49,419 bases of DNA from NCBI GenBank assembly GCA_030167865.1, contig JALAGF010005232.1:1-49419 (forward strand), written 5' to 3'. Shown one piece after another: positions 20,501 through 29,562 of the stretch. This stretch comes from Craspedostauros australis. Its lineage: Eukaryota. Below the pieces are notes generated by a model that was not told where the DNA came from, did no database searches, and saw only the letters and a program-made list of their open reading frames with translations. Every line of letters begins with the position of its first letter. Position 1 is the stretch's first letter. The position numbers and the translations under genes were made by a program.

Positions 20501-22411
20501 CAGCGTCGACGAGGCGAGGGTGGTGTGGTTGTCGATGTTGTCGGTACCATCATCGGCATCTGCATCTGCATCGTTGTCGTCATCACCACCGCCGGCAGCA
20601 TCGTCATTGTCATCGCTGTCCTGATCGCCGCTGCGGGCCTTGGGGATGGAGTAGTAGCGGCCCATGGCATCTATGTAGTACATGCAGATTTCGGACCAGC
20701 TCGTGCAATCCAGCCCGATCGACAATGTCGGAATGTCTTGCACAAGGTACTGCATTGCCACCACGAAGAGATGCGTCAGTAACGGCGGCAGAGTCTTGGA
20801 GCGTTTCGCATTGCCATAGAGCACCTGGCAGACCGCATGTTGCAACTGGTGCAGCGTGAAGGGAGCAACGACAGGGATCGGCGGCATCTTGTCCTTGGAC
20901 TTGAGCGATGATGCATAGGTTCTCCGTCGCTCTTCCACGAGCTTGCCCCATCCCAAGTCTCCGCGGAAGAAGTGGTAGACGTAAAGGATGTTATCCCACA
21001 ACGATTCCACCGGCGAGTATTCACCCATCGAAATGAGAGGCGCATCGTCTTCGGGTGTCGTCGTCGTCGTTGCCGCGGGTGTTGGAGGTGATGCTGCTGT
21101 TGATGGAAGGGTTTTGCTGTTTGGCGTGGATGCGGCCGGTGCTGCTGATGTTACCGCCGAAGCACCAGTCGACGATGCTGCTGTTGGTCCTTCCCATCTG
21201 CACGAAGACGGGTGGGTCTGGATGACCATCGGCAGAAGCTGGCGTGGCTTCACGGTGTCGGGTGGTGAGACCTTGAGCTCCTTATCCTCCTTATGAAGCA
21301 GGTCATCCTCCATGGGGAATTTCCGTTTGCGAATTCGTTCCAACCGTTTCTGTTCCGCACGGTCCGCGGGCGTGGGGATCTTGACTGTCTTCTCGGCCGG
21401 TTTGGTTGCCTTGGATGTGGTAGAAGTTGATGCAGACGCTGACCCAGAAGCAGCGGTTGAAGATAACGATGACGACGAGGAGGATGCCGTCTTTTCCTTC
21501 CCCTTGCCCTTGCCGTTTGTTTTGACTGGCTTTCCATCCTTCGAAGACTGCGCTGGCTTCCCCTTTCCTGCTTTGGCCTCTTTGGCCTTTGCCGCCTTGG
21601 CTTTGGCAGCCTTTTGGGCAGCCGCTTCCTTTTTCTTCTTTGCCGCATCTGCTATTGCCTTCGCCTTTTTGGCCGCGGCAGCCTTCTGCATACTGACGAG
21701 TTTGGCTTTGGCACTCTTGCGCTTGGCACGATTCTTATCAATTTGCTTGGTGTGCAGTTTGTACGAGCACTTGATCCTTGCGAAACGCTCGGACTGAAGG
21801 CCTTGCTTCAGCGTGCGAGGGAGATGCTTCTTGAATTTGGTCTCATCGACGCCAGGGTGGTTGGCCATGACCCATTTGAGGATGGCTGGTTGCGAACTCC
21901 CTGTCCGATCCTTCATCGCGATGATTCCATTCTCCACCATCTGAATGTACGACACGGACGATGATGATGACGACGATGACGACGACTTGGTCGTAGATTT
22001 GGGTTTGGCAGTTGACTTGGCAGTTGACTTGGCCGGTGATTTGGTGTCGACCTTCTTATTCCCATTGGCCGTCACCTTGTCTTTGCCCTTCTCTTTGTGA
22101 GCATCATTTTCATTGACGTCCGAACCGTTGTCACTGTCAGTGGACGCCTTGGAATCTGGTTTGGAACCGCTGTTGGATGAACCGTTCGTTGCTCCTTTCT
22201 GTTTGGATTTTGGACTCTGCGATGACGACGGTGGCTTTTTTCGCTTTTTGGAGGCAGAGCAGGGTGCGGAAGGTTTGCTTGCGTCTGCATCTGCATCTGC
22301 GTCTGCCATGCTCTTCACATTGTCACTTCCGTTGTCATTGTTGCTGTTGCTGTTGTGCTTATCATCACTATCATTGGCCGTGTCCATCGGTTCCGAACTG
22401 GAAGTTGACAT
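17549..22411 (-). CDS. Chromatin protein: linker histone H15 globular domain + DDT + WHIM1 + WSD (WHIM2/3) + C-terminal PWWP
   Basis: About 1620 aa from ATG 22411. H15: SYIQMVENGIIAMKDRTGSSQPAILKWV...SYKL, then a K/A-rich tail. DDT-like: KFPMEDD...ILYVYHFF...PFTLHQL. WHIM1: LSAQELMSLLRMLVDDLL. WSD: PIGTDRNHSEVYYF and W...LNTFLESLDERGQRELELR. PWWP: AKCENYPWWPA. Confidence 0.85.
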   Translation of the reverse strand: MSTSSSEPMDTANDSDDKHNSNSNNDNGSDNVKSMADADADADASKPSAPCSASKKRKKPPSSSQSPKSKQKGATNGSSNSGSKPDSKASTDSDNGSDVNENDAHKEKGKDKVTANGNKKVDTKSPAKSTAKSTAKPKSTTKSSSSSSSSSSVSYIQMVENGIIAMKDRTGSSQPAILKWVMANHPGVDETKFKKHLPRTLKQGLQSERFARIKCSYKLHTKQIDKNRAKRKSAKAKLVSMQKAAAAKKAKAIADAAKKKKEAAAQKAAKAKAAKAKEAKAGKGKPAQSSKDGKPVKTNGKGKGKEKTASSSSSSLSSTAASGSASASTSTTSKATKPAEKTVKIPTPADRAEQKRLERIRKRKFPMEDDLLHKEDKELKVSPPDTVKPRQLLPMVIQTHPSSCRWEGPTAASSTGASAVTSAAPAASTPNSKTLPSTAASPPTPAATTTTTPEDDAPLISMGEYSPVESLWDNILYVYHFFRGDLGWGKLVEERRRTYASSLKSKDKMPPIPVVAPFTLHQLQHAVCQVLYGNAKRSKTLPPLLTHLFVVAMQYLVQDIPTLSIGLDCTSWSEICMYYIDAMGRYYSIPKARSGDQDSDDNDDAAGGGDDDNDADADADDGTDNIDNHTTLASSTLLVGITSSNNPASATATNSVEQVLPGLPVDTDYLLGKMDTRRSDNELQHEQRESSTYLHKEQMELLRRLHSYDPWMLSAQELMSLLRMLVDDLLSTQTWLEKAVNDRMETTYEMLKQKRAAEANHKKLSWANQRFETAKREQERKANKAAAAAAAAAAASGSTPANGSGSVTPMEVESGSGAITAATMAKELAMALSRKPTKGPPAKYIPPNQLEASLKAQLKAQDAYDKTCRTLVCRSGPIGTDRNHSEVYYFDGLDCFYVKNMYGKPRLYGAGLLPDDLIPSKCSWHIIEKRSRLNTFLESLDERGQRELELRDAILPLRRHVKDDVKEQQNKRAKIRDLQEMQRKYDNAKSKKDTGRRSGRLALQLENELAVLLSELEQLKKEVEAQKEEDAGKKKKSKKGAAMFPVPVIDDYEDATGLHMMRTFDEGSREERLGRRTVRRETRQQSKAQKPVNVVEIPEKEWTMPKFLCSTLWPTGHIDGSGIVGRIVSDMVELEGIVESLAPWGRTDVSRQDWIGNLETLIHTWHSIHVPMLGPMPEKFTSANGRRDSVSSTASAGAGSSGTTPTKRNASSAPDTPVRMESASQRRKIDQSTLTSALTTLKQPLLDLEGRVFQITGLKMATQDTDDADDNMSIIDDDDDDDEKEGKAANDDPEALKNAWKKFIHPLKTIQARYHAKVRDGVVNALTSARKAHNTHVVKRLKVALLEFHPEAAGACKAAALEILEEFGGYEKVDDGETRGGSDDDNDNNAMEDDADEAAREGENNARAREGNETGLSSALSAQAIIMNASLDGHEDCNRADWIHSVKFAKTLSKLAALTAAFSSKAKQKLDKLHSERANLRKLLSSWERAATKKTKKGRGVAAGADVSEVWTYVDFTDEFCLAKCENYPWWPARKCTARDPKIADSLARLEKCLVSLCGEMGALRVVNMNDAIPFTETLPDDGSAIGMSREIATQLDECMAMARRILRGKAASKKKSRKS

Positions 22412-25262
22412 GTTTGCAGTTGCTTGTTGTGCTATTGTCAAGCAGTATTGGTGTATTGCTCTTGTATTTTGGTTGGTGGTCCAATGTCTGTGCCTCTGCA
22501 TGGAGTGCGGAGAAAGGACAGTGTCGTAGATTCCAGGAGCAGCAGATGCAAAACAATGAATCGGCAAGGATTCGAAAACGGAGAAGGTAAGGGATGGAAG
22601 ATGTGCAAGAGAAAGATGAGACAACACTGAGGGCAACGACGAGGGCAATGAATCTGGGATTGATCACATGTGCAGATGACCACCACTGACATCAAGAACT
22701 GATCGTCGCGGAGATCGATTCATTATTGAACCAGCATTGAGGTTGACGGGCAGTCCACGGTATGGCATGTCGTCATCCATGGGTCATTGACCGTCGATCT
22801 CATTGTTGCTGATGTCGTTCCTTGTGCAGAATGGAGAGAGAAAAGGAAGTGCCGAACGACTGCTGATCAGCCGGTGTGCCACTCCGCTCCATGCCATGCT
22901 CCGTGCCCATGCGGTGACATGTTTTGAATTGCCATGCATGTCTGATGCAGAGTAGCACTATGCCTGTTCCTCTGTACGAGTGCTCTGCGGTGTTGTCGTA
23001 TAGCATCTCCAACTCACTCACTCTTTCTGCGTCTGCTCCGTCTGCTGTTGATGTTGGTTGCAGCGCACTCCACGAAGTGTAGTGTTGTGTTGTGTGCAAT
23101 GCTGTAGGCGATTCCGCTTCGTTTGCGGTGGCCGGGTTCGTCTCCTCCTGTCCAACACGGTGCTGCGTCTTTGCTGCTGTCGTCACCGCAACGGTCGCTG
23201 TCACTCTTTCCTTCCTTCGACTCCCGTCACCCTTGCTGAAGATGCCAATCAGCACCACCGAAAGTCGAAGTCACCTCTCGCTGCAACAATCCTACCGACG
23301 GCTTCGATACACCCGCAGCACACCTTGTGCGTGTCGCTTCTTCCCAATCGACCTTGTGCTGTCAGCAGTGTTGCTTAATCCGGTACTCTATGAGTATCGC
23401 ACTCCTCTTGAATCTAAACGTAATGATCCGACTCGTCGCTGGCGTTCGGCAGCGTATGACTTGCGTGATCGCAGTGGCATCGTGCAGGATCGTGTGCCTG
23501 CGTGCTTTTTGTGCGCGAGTTGTGCTTGATTGGTGACAGATCCTCGTTTTTTCGCCGATTTTGTCATTCTTTTTCAAATGATGATCGGGAATCGATTCAT
23601 CCGACCGTAGATTCAAACCCGTTTGAGCTTTGGCGCGAACTCCAAAGTCGACTGGTTCGAGCAAATGCCTTCGGGTACTGTAGTAGTGCCGTGTCAAAAA
23701 GTGACAAAAAACACGAGCAGGTGGTCGGCGTTTTCGGATCGATCCCCAAATAACGCACGATCGAACACTTATGGATGGTGCTCTCGCAGAATCTTCTTGA
23801 CATGCCCTTGTGACTTGTGAATTGTGCGTAATACAAGACGAACAACAGAAGGATCTGGCCTTTTCTGCCCACAATCACGAGCAGCCTGGACAGAAACCGC
23901 GGCGTTACCAGTCCCTTCGTGACTGTTGGTCTTGGAAAATATAGTACCGCGGAAAGGCAGAAAGACAGGCTCAGAGACATGTTGATGGCGAGTAGAAGCA
24001 CCATACTCTGCTCGTACTCGTGCCATGTTGGCGCACGCTGCTATTTTACGAACAGGATAGAACAGGACAGAGAAGCGAAGAGCGGAGCGAAGGTGGCGAC
24101 ACTTTCTCTCTGTCTCCTCTTTGTGTTGATACCACCCACGAACAAACACCCAAAGGAAGCCGAGAAGAGAGGGCCAGACACAGCGTGCGGAGTGCAGAAC
24201 AGCGGCAAAACCGAGGGATGGAATAGACTCGGAGAGGCAGAGGGAGTGGTCCCTTCGGCAGTCGGAACGATCCCAGCAGGCCCAGCAGAGCACAATCCAT
24301 GCCAGCTACGACTATACTTATCATCCATAGTCGTGCGAGTACCTGGCACAAAAGCGCCTTGTAGTAGTACACGTAGATCACAAAAGTAGTTGTACTGACC
24401 TGAAGAGGTGTTCACCGGCAGCCGCGGCATCTTGGGGCGAGGAGCGACAGCGAAAGGGAGAGATAGGCGGCCAGAGGACCCACTCATAGTTGTACTCTCT
24501 GGAGCCTGTTCGCGTGGAGACGTGCCAAACGCCACAAAGGTGGCAACAAGACCAAGTGCTCCTGCCAAGAGAGAGAGAGAGACAAGCACATAGTCGTACT
24601 GGGGCACCAGTCGCCAGACTTGCAGAAGTGCAGCGGGTGGTGAACAGTGAATTGTGAACATCAAGAGCATCAGGCAGATCACCAGCTGGTGGGCGACTCA
24701 GATCGTACGCTCATATTATTGCACCATACGACTACACTCGAAGAGAGCACCCGCACTCGGACGCTGAGGGTGAGGGTGAACAATCCGCTCCGCTCCGCTC
24801 CAGTCCAATCCAATCGAGTCCAACTGAAAGCGCAGCAAGGCAAAACTAGTTTGAAGAAACGCAAAAGCAATCACAACGAAAGAGAGCATCTCTGAATGGA
24901 CATGTTGTGATCATCGCACTTGGTGTTCTGCATCGATCTCCTTTACTCCTCGCTCGGTCGTCGCCAACGAATACCCCTGGCTTCCGAGCGGCGCGTCGAT
25001 TGCCGCCATCAGACCTTCTCCACTCGGGATCCTGCGGAGGTTGGATAAGAGAACCCAGGCGCAATTGTCGCACAGGTGCTTCCACCAGCAACGAGGAGGC
25101 AGCAGATACCAGGCGGCAGACACCAGACACCAGTCAACAGTCAACTCAACCACAACGCCATTCCGTCACTTTGCGCGCATCTGGTCTCCAACACATCAGC
25201 CACCCATCGACATACAATCAGCCTTTCATTGATTTCTCATCAACTGACAATCAACCGCAACC

Positions 25263-28200
25263 ATGGAGGCATCCACCACCCACAGCAGTAATCACTACAG
25301 CGAGTCGGAACACTCCGAGTACACCACCATGCTTCTCGACGAAGGCACGAGTCACCATCACCATCCGCAACATCACCATCCGCGGCACCAGCAACATCAG
25401 CATCAACATCAACAGCAGCAGCTCCCTGTCGAGTCTTTCCTTCAGCAGCACCAGCAGCAGCACCAACAATTTCCGCAGCCGCCGCTGTCGACCAACGGCA
25501 CTGCCCCGATCACCAATGTCCAGATGCAGATGCAACTGTTTCTCCTTCAGCAACAGGAAGAACAGCACCGACAACAGCAGCAGCACCAGCAGTTTGCACA
25601 ATCGCAGTACCCACAGCCTCAGCACCACCAGTTACAACAACAACAGCAGCAACAACAGCAACAGCAACAGACAACGCAGGTATTCTCGCCACGAACTGGA
25701 GACATGGAGTATGCGCCGCGGACCAACATTGCTACCACATCCATGATGAACAACATGACCAACAACGTGCCCAATTCTTTTCTCAACAATGTGAATAGCT
25801 CGGGCGGGCTCGGTGGAATAGATGATGACACTGGCTCCCACAATCCGTATGCCGTTAGAGCTGGACTTGAGGCACAGAAACGATGGGATGAATTGCAACA
25901 CAGCACCAAACTTCCCAAACAAAGACCAAGACTTCCTCTCACAAGTACCTCGGCATCAAGCATCTACAATCCGACTACCTCTGCTACCACGTCGTCATCC
26001 GCTTCAACACTGTCAACCAACGGCATACTGCCGTTGACATGGAAAGACATCGACTTCGACGAGCTTCTGGGCGTGGGCGGTTTCGCTGGCGTCTATCTCA
26101 CCCGGATACCCAAGTTGGCCAGGATTCTCGACAGCCAGAACGCGCTCGCCGGCACCAACACGTCTCTCAAATCCATCGCCACGATGGGTAACAGCATGAC
26201 TTCCTTGTACGGTTCCAACTCCTTCCGCAAGTACCAGGACACCTCAGCGTTCACCCCGGCTGGGATGAGCGATGAGCATTCTATCGGTTCCTTTGCCTTG
26301 TCGGAGTACAGCAGTGCCATGAAGCTGGAGGTGGAAGATCTGGCAGCGATCCGCGCCGACCCCACCAACTCGACGCATCAGCAAAGAAATACTCAGTCTC
26401 AGTCGCAACTGCAGTCACAGTCGCAACACCGGCAACGGAGAAGCACCACGGGGCAGGACCAGGATATGGATATGGATTCGTACGATGGAGACACGTACGA
26501 CCGCGACGACGATGACTATGGGGAATACGAAGACGAGAGCAGCTACTACACGGAGAGCGACATGTTTGACGACGATCAGAGTCACCGGCGACAAACTGCG
26601 CAACTTCGGCAACGTTCCTTCTCGTCCCGCGCCAGCAGCGGCCGATCCAGACACCTCATGCGATCCCGCAGCGCCCAACAGCGTCGCAAACGTCAGCTCT
26701 ACGCGCTCAAGTTTTTGCATAAGAAAACGATGGCCGAAGCGACGTCCTTCCTCACCGGCGCGCGTGACCTGGCTGGAGAGGCCTTCCTGCTGCATCACCT
26801 ACCGAAGCATGACAATATTATTCGATTGTACGGGGCAAGCGATGGCACCCTCCAGGAAGCATTCTGCGAACCTTCCGGATATTTCATCGTCTTGGAGGTG
26901 CTCGAAACCACGCTGCAAAAGCTTTTGCAGAAGTGGATCGCGCAGCAAAAACAGCAGCAGCAACAGCAGCAATCATCATCCGGCAACCGATCCATCCTCA
27001 ACACGTTCCGGCGGTCATCGCATCATAGCAAATCAGGATCGGCGTCCAACACCGCGTCGGGTTCGAACGGATTGCTCCAGTCATCATCCTCACCGCCGCC
27101 AACATTGCAGTACCGACTTTCGACCATCATCATGGGCATCGTGCGGGGGATGCGGCACATGCACAAGCACAATATCGTGTTTCGGGACTTGAAACCGCAG
27201 AACTGCGGCCTGGATTCCAATGGGAACTTGCGATTGTTTGATTTCGGTTTGGCCCGAGAAGTCGTGGTACCTGATGGCCCGTCATCATCGACCATGTTGA
27301 ACGGAGGCGAGGCGCATGACATGGGCGTCGATCCGATGTCTGCCACGGATGACAAGGCATCTGCCGGCGTTGCCAACGGAAACCATGACCACCACGGCGC
27401 GGCACCATCGCTTGCTGGACCGCCGCCGAAACCCAGGCGACGATCGAGTTTGACTCACATGGTGCGCAACGTGTTAAAGCCATCCGCATCTGCGTCATCC
27501 TCGTCGTCGTCGTCGACGAAGCCGCAATCCAGCGATCACAAGAAAGAATCGTCACCCACAGCCTTGAACACGCAACGCCCTCACAGCAACGCCACACCAA
27601 AGCTGTATCAGCCAGGTATGGCAGGAAGCTGGAAGTACATGGCGCCCGAAACCATGATCCAGAAATTCACATCGTGCGCGTCCGATGTGTACAGCTTTGC
27701 CATCGTGTTGTGGGAGGTCGTCACGTTGCATGAATTGGTCCCATACGTCCACTACACCAAACCTGAGCAATTCATCAAACGCGTCGGACAGCACAATGTT
27801 CGTCCTTCCACGAAGCACATTCCCAAATTGGAACGCACAGGGCCTGTCGACGTCGTCCCGACATTGTGGACGTCGTCGAACAACAGCTTCAGCAGCGGCA
27901 GCAAGACAAAGTCCAAGAAGAATTCAGGCATGGTATCATTGACGCTCAAGCAGTTGGTCCAATCGTGCTGGGATCCCAAATGGCAATACCGGCCATCGTT
28001 TGACACCGTGCTGCTATGCCTCGAACAGCTGATGGACAAGTTGAGAACTGACATGCAGATGGCACAGTGCAATGATTCCTTCCTATCCATGGATCTAAGC
28101 CCGCTGCCGCCCACTCGCACATCCTCCAATCGAAGCTTTGGAAATTCGTCGGCAACGGTAAGGCGCGGGGTCAGCTTGGACCATCCCTCGCCATCCATGA

Positions 28201-28979
28201 AGAGTTTGCTGTCCACTGGTTCAGCCGCATCGGGCATATCCATGTCGCAACACCAGCAGCAGCAACAGCATTTGCGTGGCCAAGACAGACGCGGAAACTC
28301 GCTGAATGGCTCCGCAACCTTCACTCAATGCCTGCCCGGCGACGGCATGCAAGATGATAGCAAAGATGCAACTACCGGAAATGAAACGGTTGCGGCATCC
28401 AATGCCTCCACTGTGCCTGTGAGCATGAAGCTGGCATCGAATCATTCCGGCCGTCGTCGTTCCAGTGGAGTGTACCGGACTTCATCCGGCAGAAAAGTTA
28501 ATCGATCTCGCGTGAACAGCGCTGAAAGCATCGGCAGCACCAGCACCGCTGGTGGCAACAGGCACACGGCGGCATCCTCGAATCACAAACGTGGCAGGAC
28601 TATCGGACGCAACTCGTCGGGATCACGTCTGGGTACCATCCTTCACGTACGTCGCGGAACAAGGGCTGCGGTGCTGGCGCATACCGAAGAGGAAGCGCAG
28701 CATGATCCCCAGGAGCTCCAAACACAATTGTCGCCGCTCCCGACCGCAACTGAATTGGCGCCCGGCATTTCGCCCCTCCTGTTTTCCGATGACAAACTAC
28801 CTTGTCCGGATCTAAGGAATGCTGGCACGTCTGCCGACATTTGGCTCAGCGCATCCTGGACGTCTTCCTCATCGCACTCCGACAAACAGGTCGATGGTGG
28901 GAACCGTCGAACCACTATATCGGCGACTGTATCGAGTCTGCATGAATTGCAGGCACCTGACCTGGGAGCGTTGAGATGA
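25263..28979 (+). CDS. Protein kinase (TKL-like) with polyQ/His N-terminus and large inserts
   Basis: 1238-aa ORF with LGVGGFAGVY, YALK, EAFLL, HDNIIRLYG, IVFRDLKPQN, DFGLAR, AGSWKYMAPE, SDVYSFAIVLWE and SCWD...RPSF. Confidence 0.92.
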   Translation: MEASTTHSSNHYSESEHSEYTTMLLDEGTSHHHHPQHHHPRHQQHQHQHQQQQLPVESFLQQHQQQHQQFPQPPLSTNGTAPITNVQMQMQLFLLQQQEEQHRQQQQHQQFAQSQYPQPQHHQLQQQQQQQQQQQQTTQVFSPRTGDMEYAPRTNIATTSMMNNMTNNVPNSFLNNVNSSGGLGGIDDDTGSHNPYAVRAGLEAQKRWDELQHSTKLPKQRPRLPLTSTSASSIYNPTTSATTSSSASTLSTNGILPLTWKDIDFDELLGVGGFAGVYLTRIPKLARILDSQNALAGTNTSLKSIATMGNSMTSLYGSNSFRKYQDTSAFTPAGMSDEHSIGSFALSEYSSAMKLEVEDLAAIRADPTNSTHQQRNTQSQSQLQSQSQHRQRRSTTGQDQDMDMDSYDGDTYDRDDDDYGEYEDESSYYTESDMFDDDQSHRRQTAQLRQRSFSSRASSGRSRHLMRSRSAQQRRKRQLYALKFLHKKTMAEATSFLTGARDLAGEAFLLHHLPKHDNIIRLYGASDGTLQEAFCEPSGYFIVLEVLETTLQKLLQKWIAQQKQQQQQQQSSSGNRSILNTFRRSSHHSKSGSASNTASGSNGLLQSSSSPPPTLQYRLSTIIMGIVRGMRHMHKHNIVFRDLKPQNCGLDSNGNLRLFDFGLAREVVVPDGPSSSTMLNGGEAHDMGVDPMSATDDKASAGVANGNHDHHGAAPSLAGPPPKPRRRSSLTHMVRNVLKPSASASSSSSSSTKPQSSDHKKESSPTALNTQRPHSNATPKLYQPGMAGSWKYMAPETMIQKFTSCASDVYSFAIVLWEVVTLHELVPYVHYTKPEQFIKRVGQHNVRPSTKHIPKLERTGPVDVVPTLWTSSNNSFSSGSKTKSKKNSGMVSLTLKQLVQSCWDPKWQYRPSFDTVLLCLEQLMDKLRTDMQMAQCNDSFLSMDLSPLPPTRTSSNRSFGNSSATVRRGVSLDHPSPSMKSLLSTGSAASGISMSQHQQQQQHLRGQDRRGNSLNGSATFTQCLPGDGMQDDSKDATTGNETVAASNASTVPVSMKLASNHSGRRRSSGVYRTSSGRKVNRSRVNSAESIGSTSTAGGNRHTAASSNHKRGRTIGRNSSGSRLGTILHVRRGTRAAVLAHTEEEAQHDPQELQTQLSPLPTATELAPGISPLLFSDDKLPCPDLRNAGTSADIWLSASWTSSSSHSDKQVDGGNRRTTISATVSSLHELQAPDLGALR

Positions 28980-29562
28980 CTTGGGTCGCAGAGCACTTGC
29001 ATTATAGATCGGGGGATGAATGACGACCTCAGTAGGGACGCAGGATAGCCGTTGGTGATGCGAGCGGGCGGTGCAGGGTGCGGGGAAAGACTCATTGCAT
29101 TAATGTACTCTGCTTGTATAATACTCTGCAGGTACAACCTAGGTCACCATGGTCACAGTTTTACATGAAGCGTCCTGTGGTGTGCATCGTACCGGAATAG
29201 CTCGCAGACGAGAAGGAATACTCCATGTGCATACTATGACTGGCGAAAATGAATGCAATCGTTGTCTATTTTGGGGAGAGTTCTTCGTGTGTGACTACGC
29301 GTTGCAGTGGCTACGCGCTACGATCGAGCGTACCACGCGGACTCGCGGTGTGCGCGCATGGCTTGATGGATGCATGCCCTTCCTACTAGTATGACGACGA
29401 CTGGTATGCATAAAGCATGATCTAATATAGTTGCAATCCCCCCAATCTGCAAACTATTACATATTAATATGCATACTGGTACAGATGGTAACAGAGTCGT
29501 ATGGAACCTGTGCCACGGAAAAGTACCGTGCCGTGTTGTGACGTCCTCGCACACCCATTGAC

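Noticed and set aside
22800..25260. ORFs of 150-280 aa between the divergent chromatin and kinase genes (e.g. 24041-24682)
   Set aside because: They are overlapping, motif-free and often have non-ATG starts. This is more likely promoter or UTR sequence.
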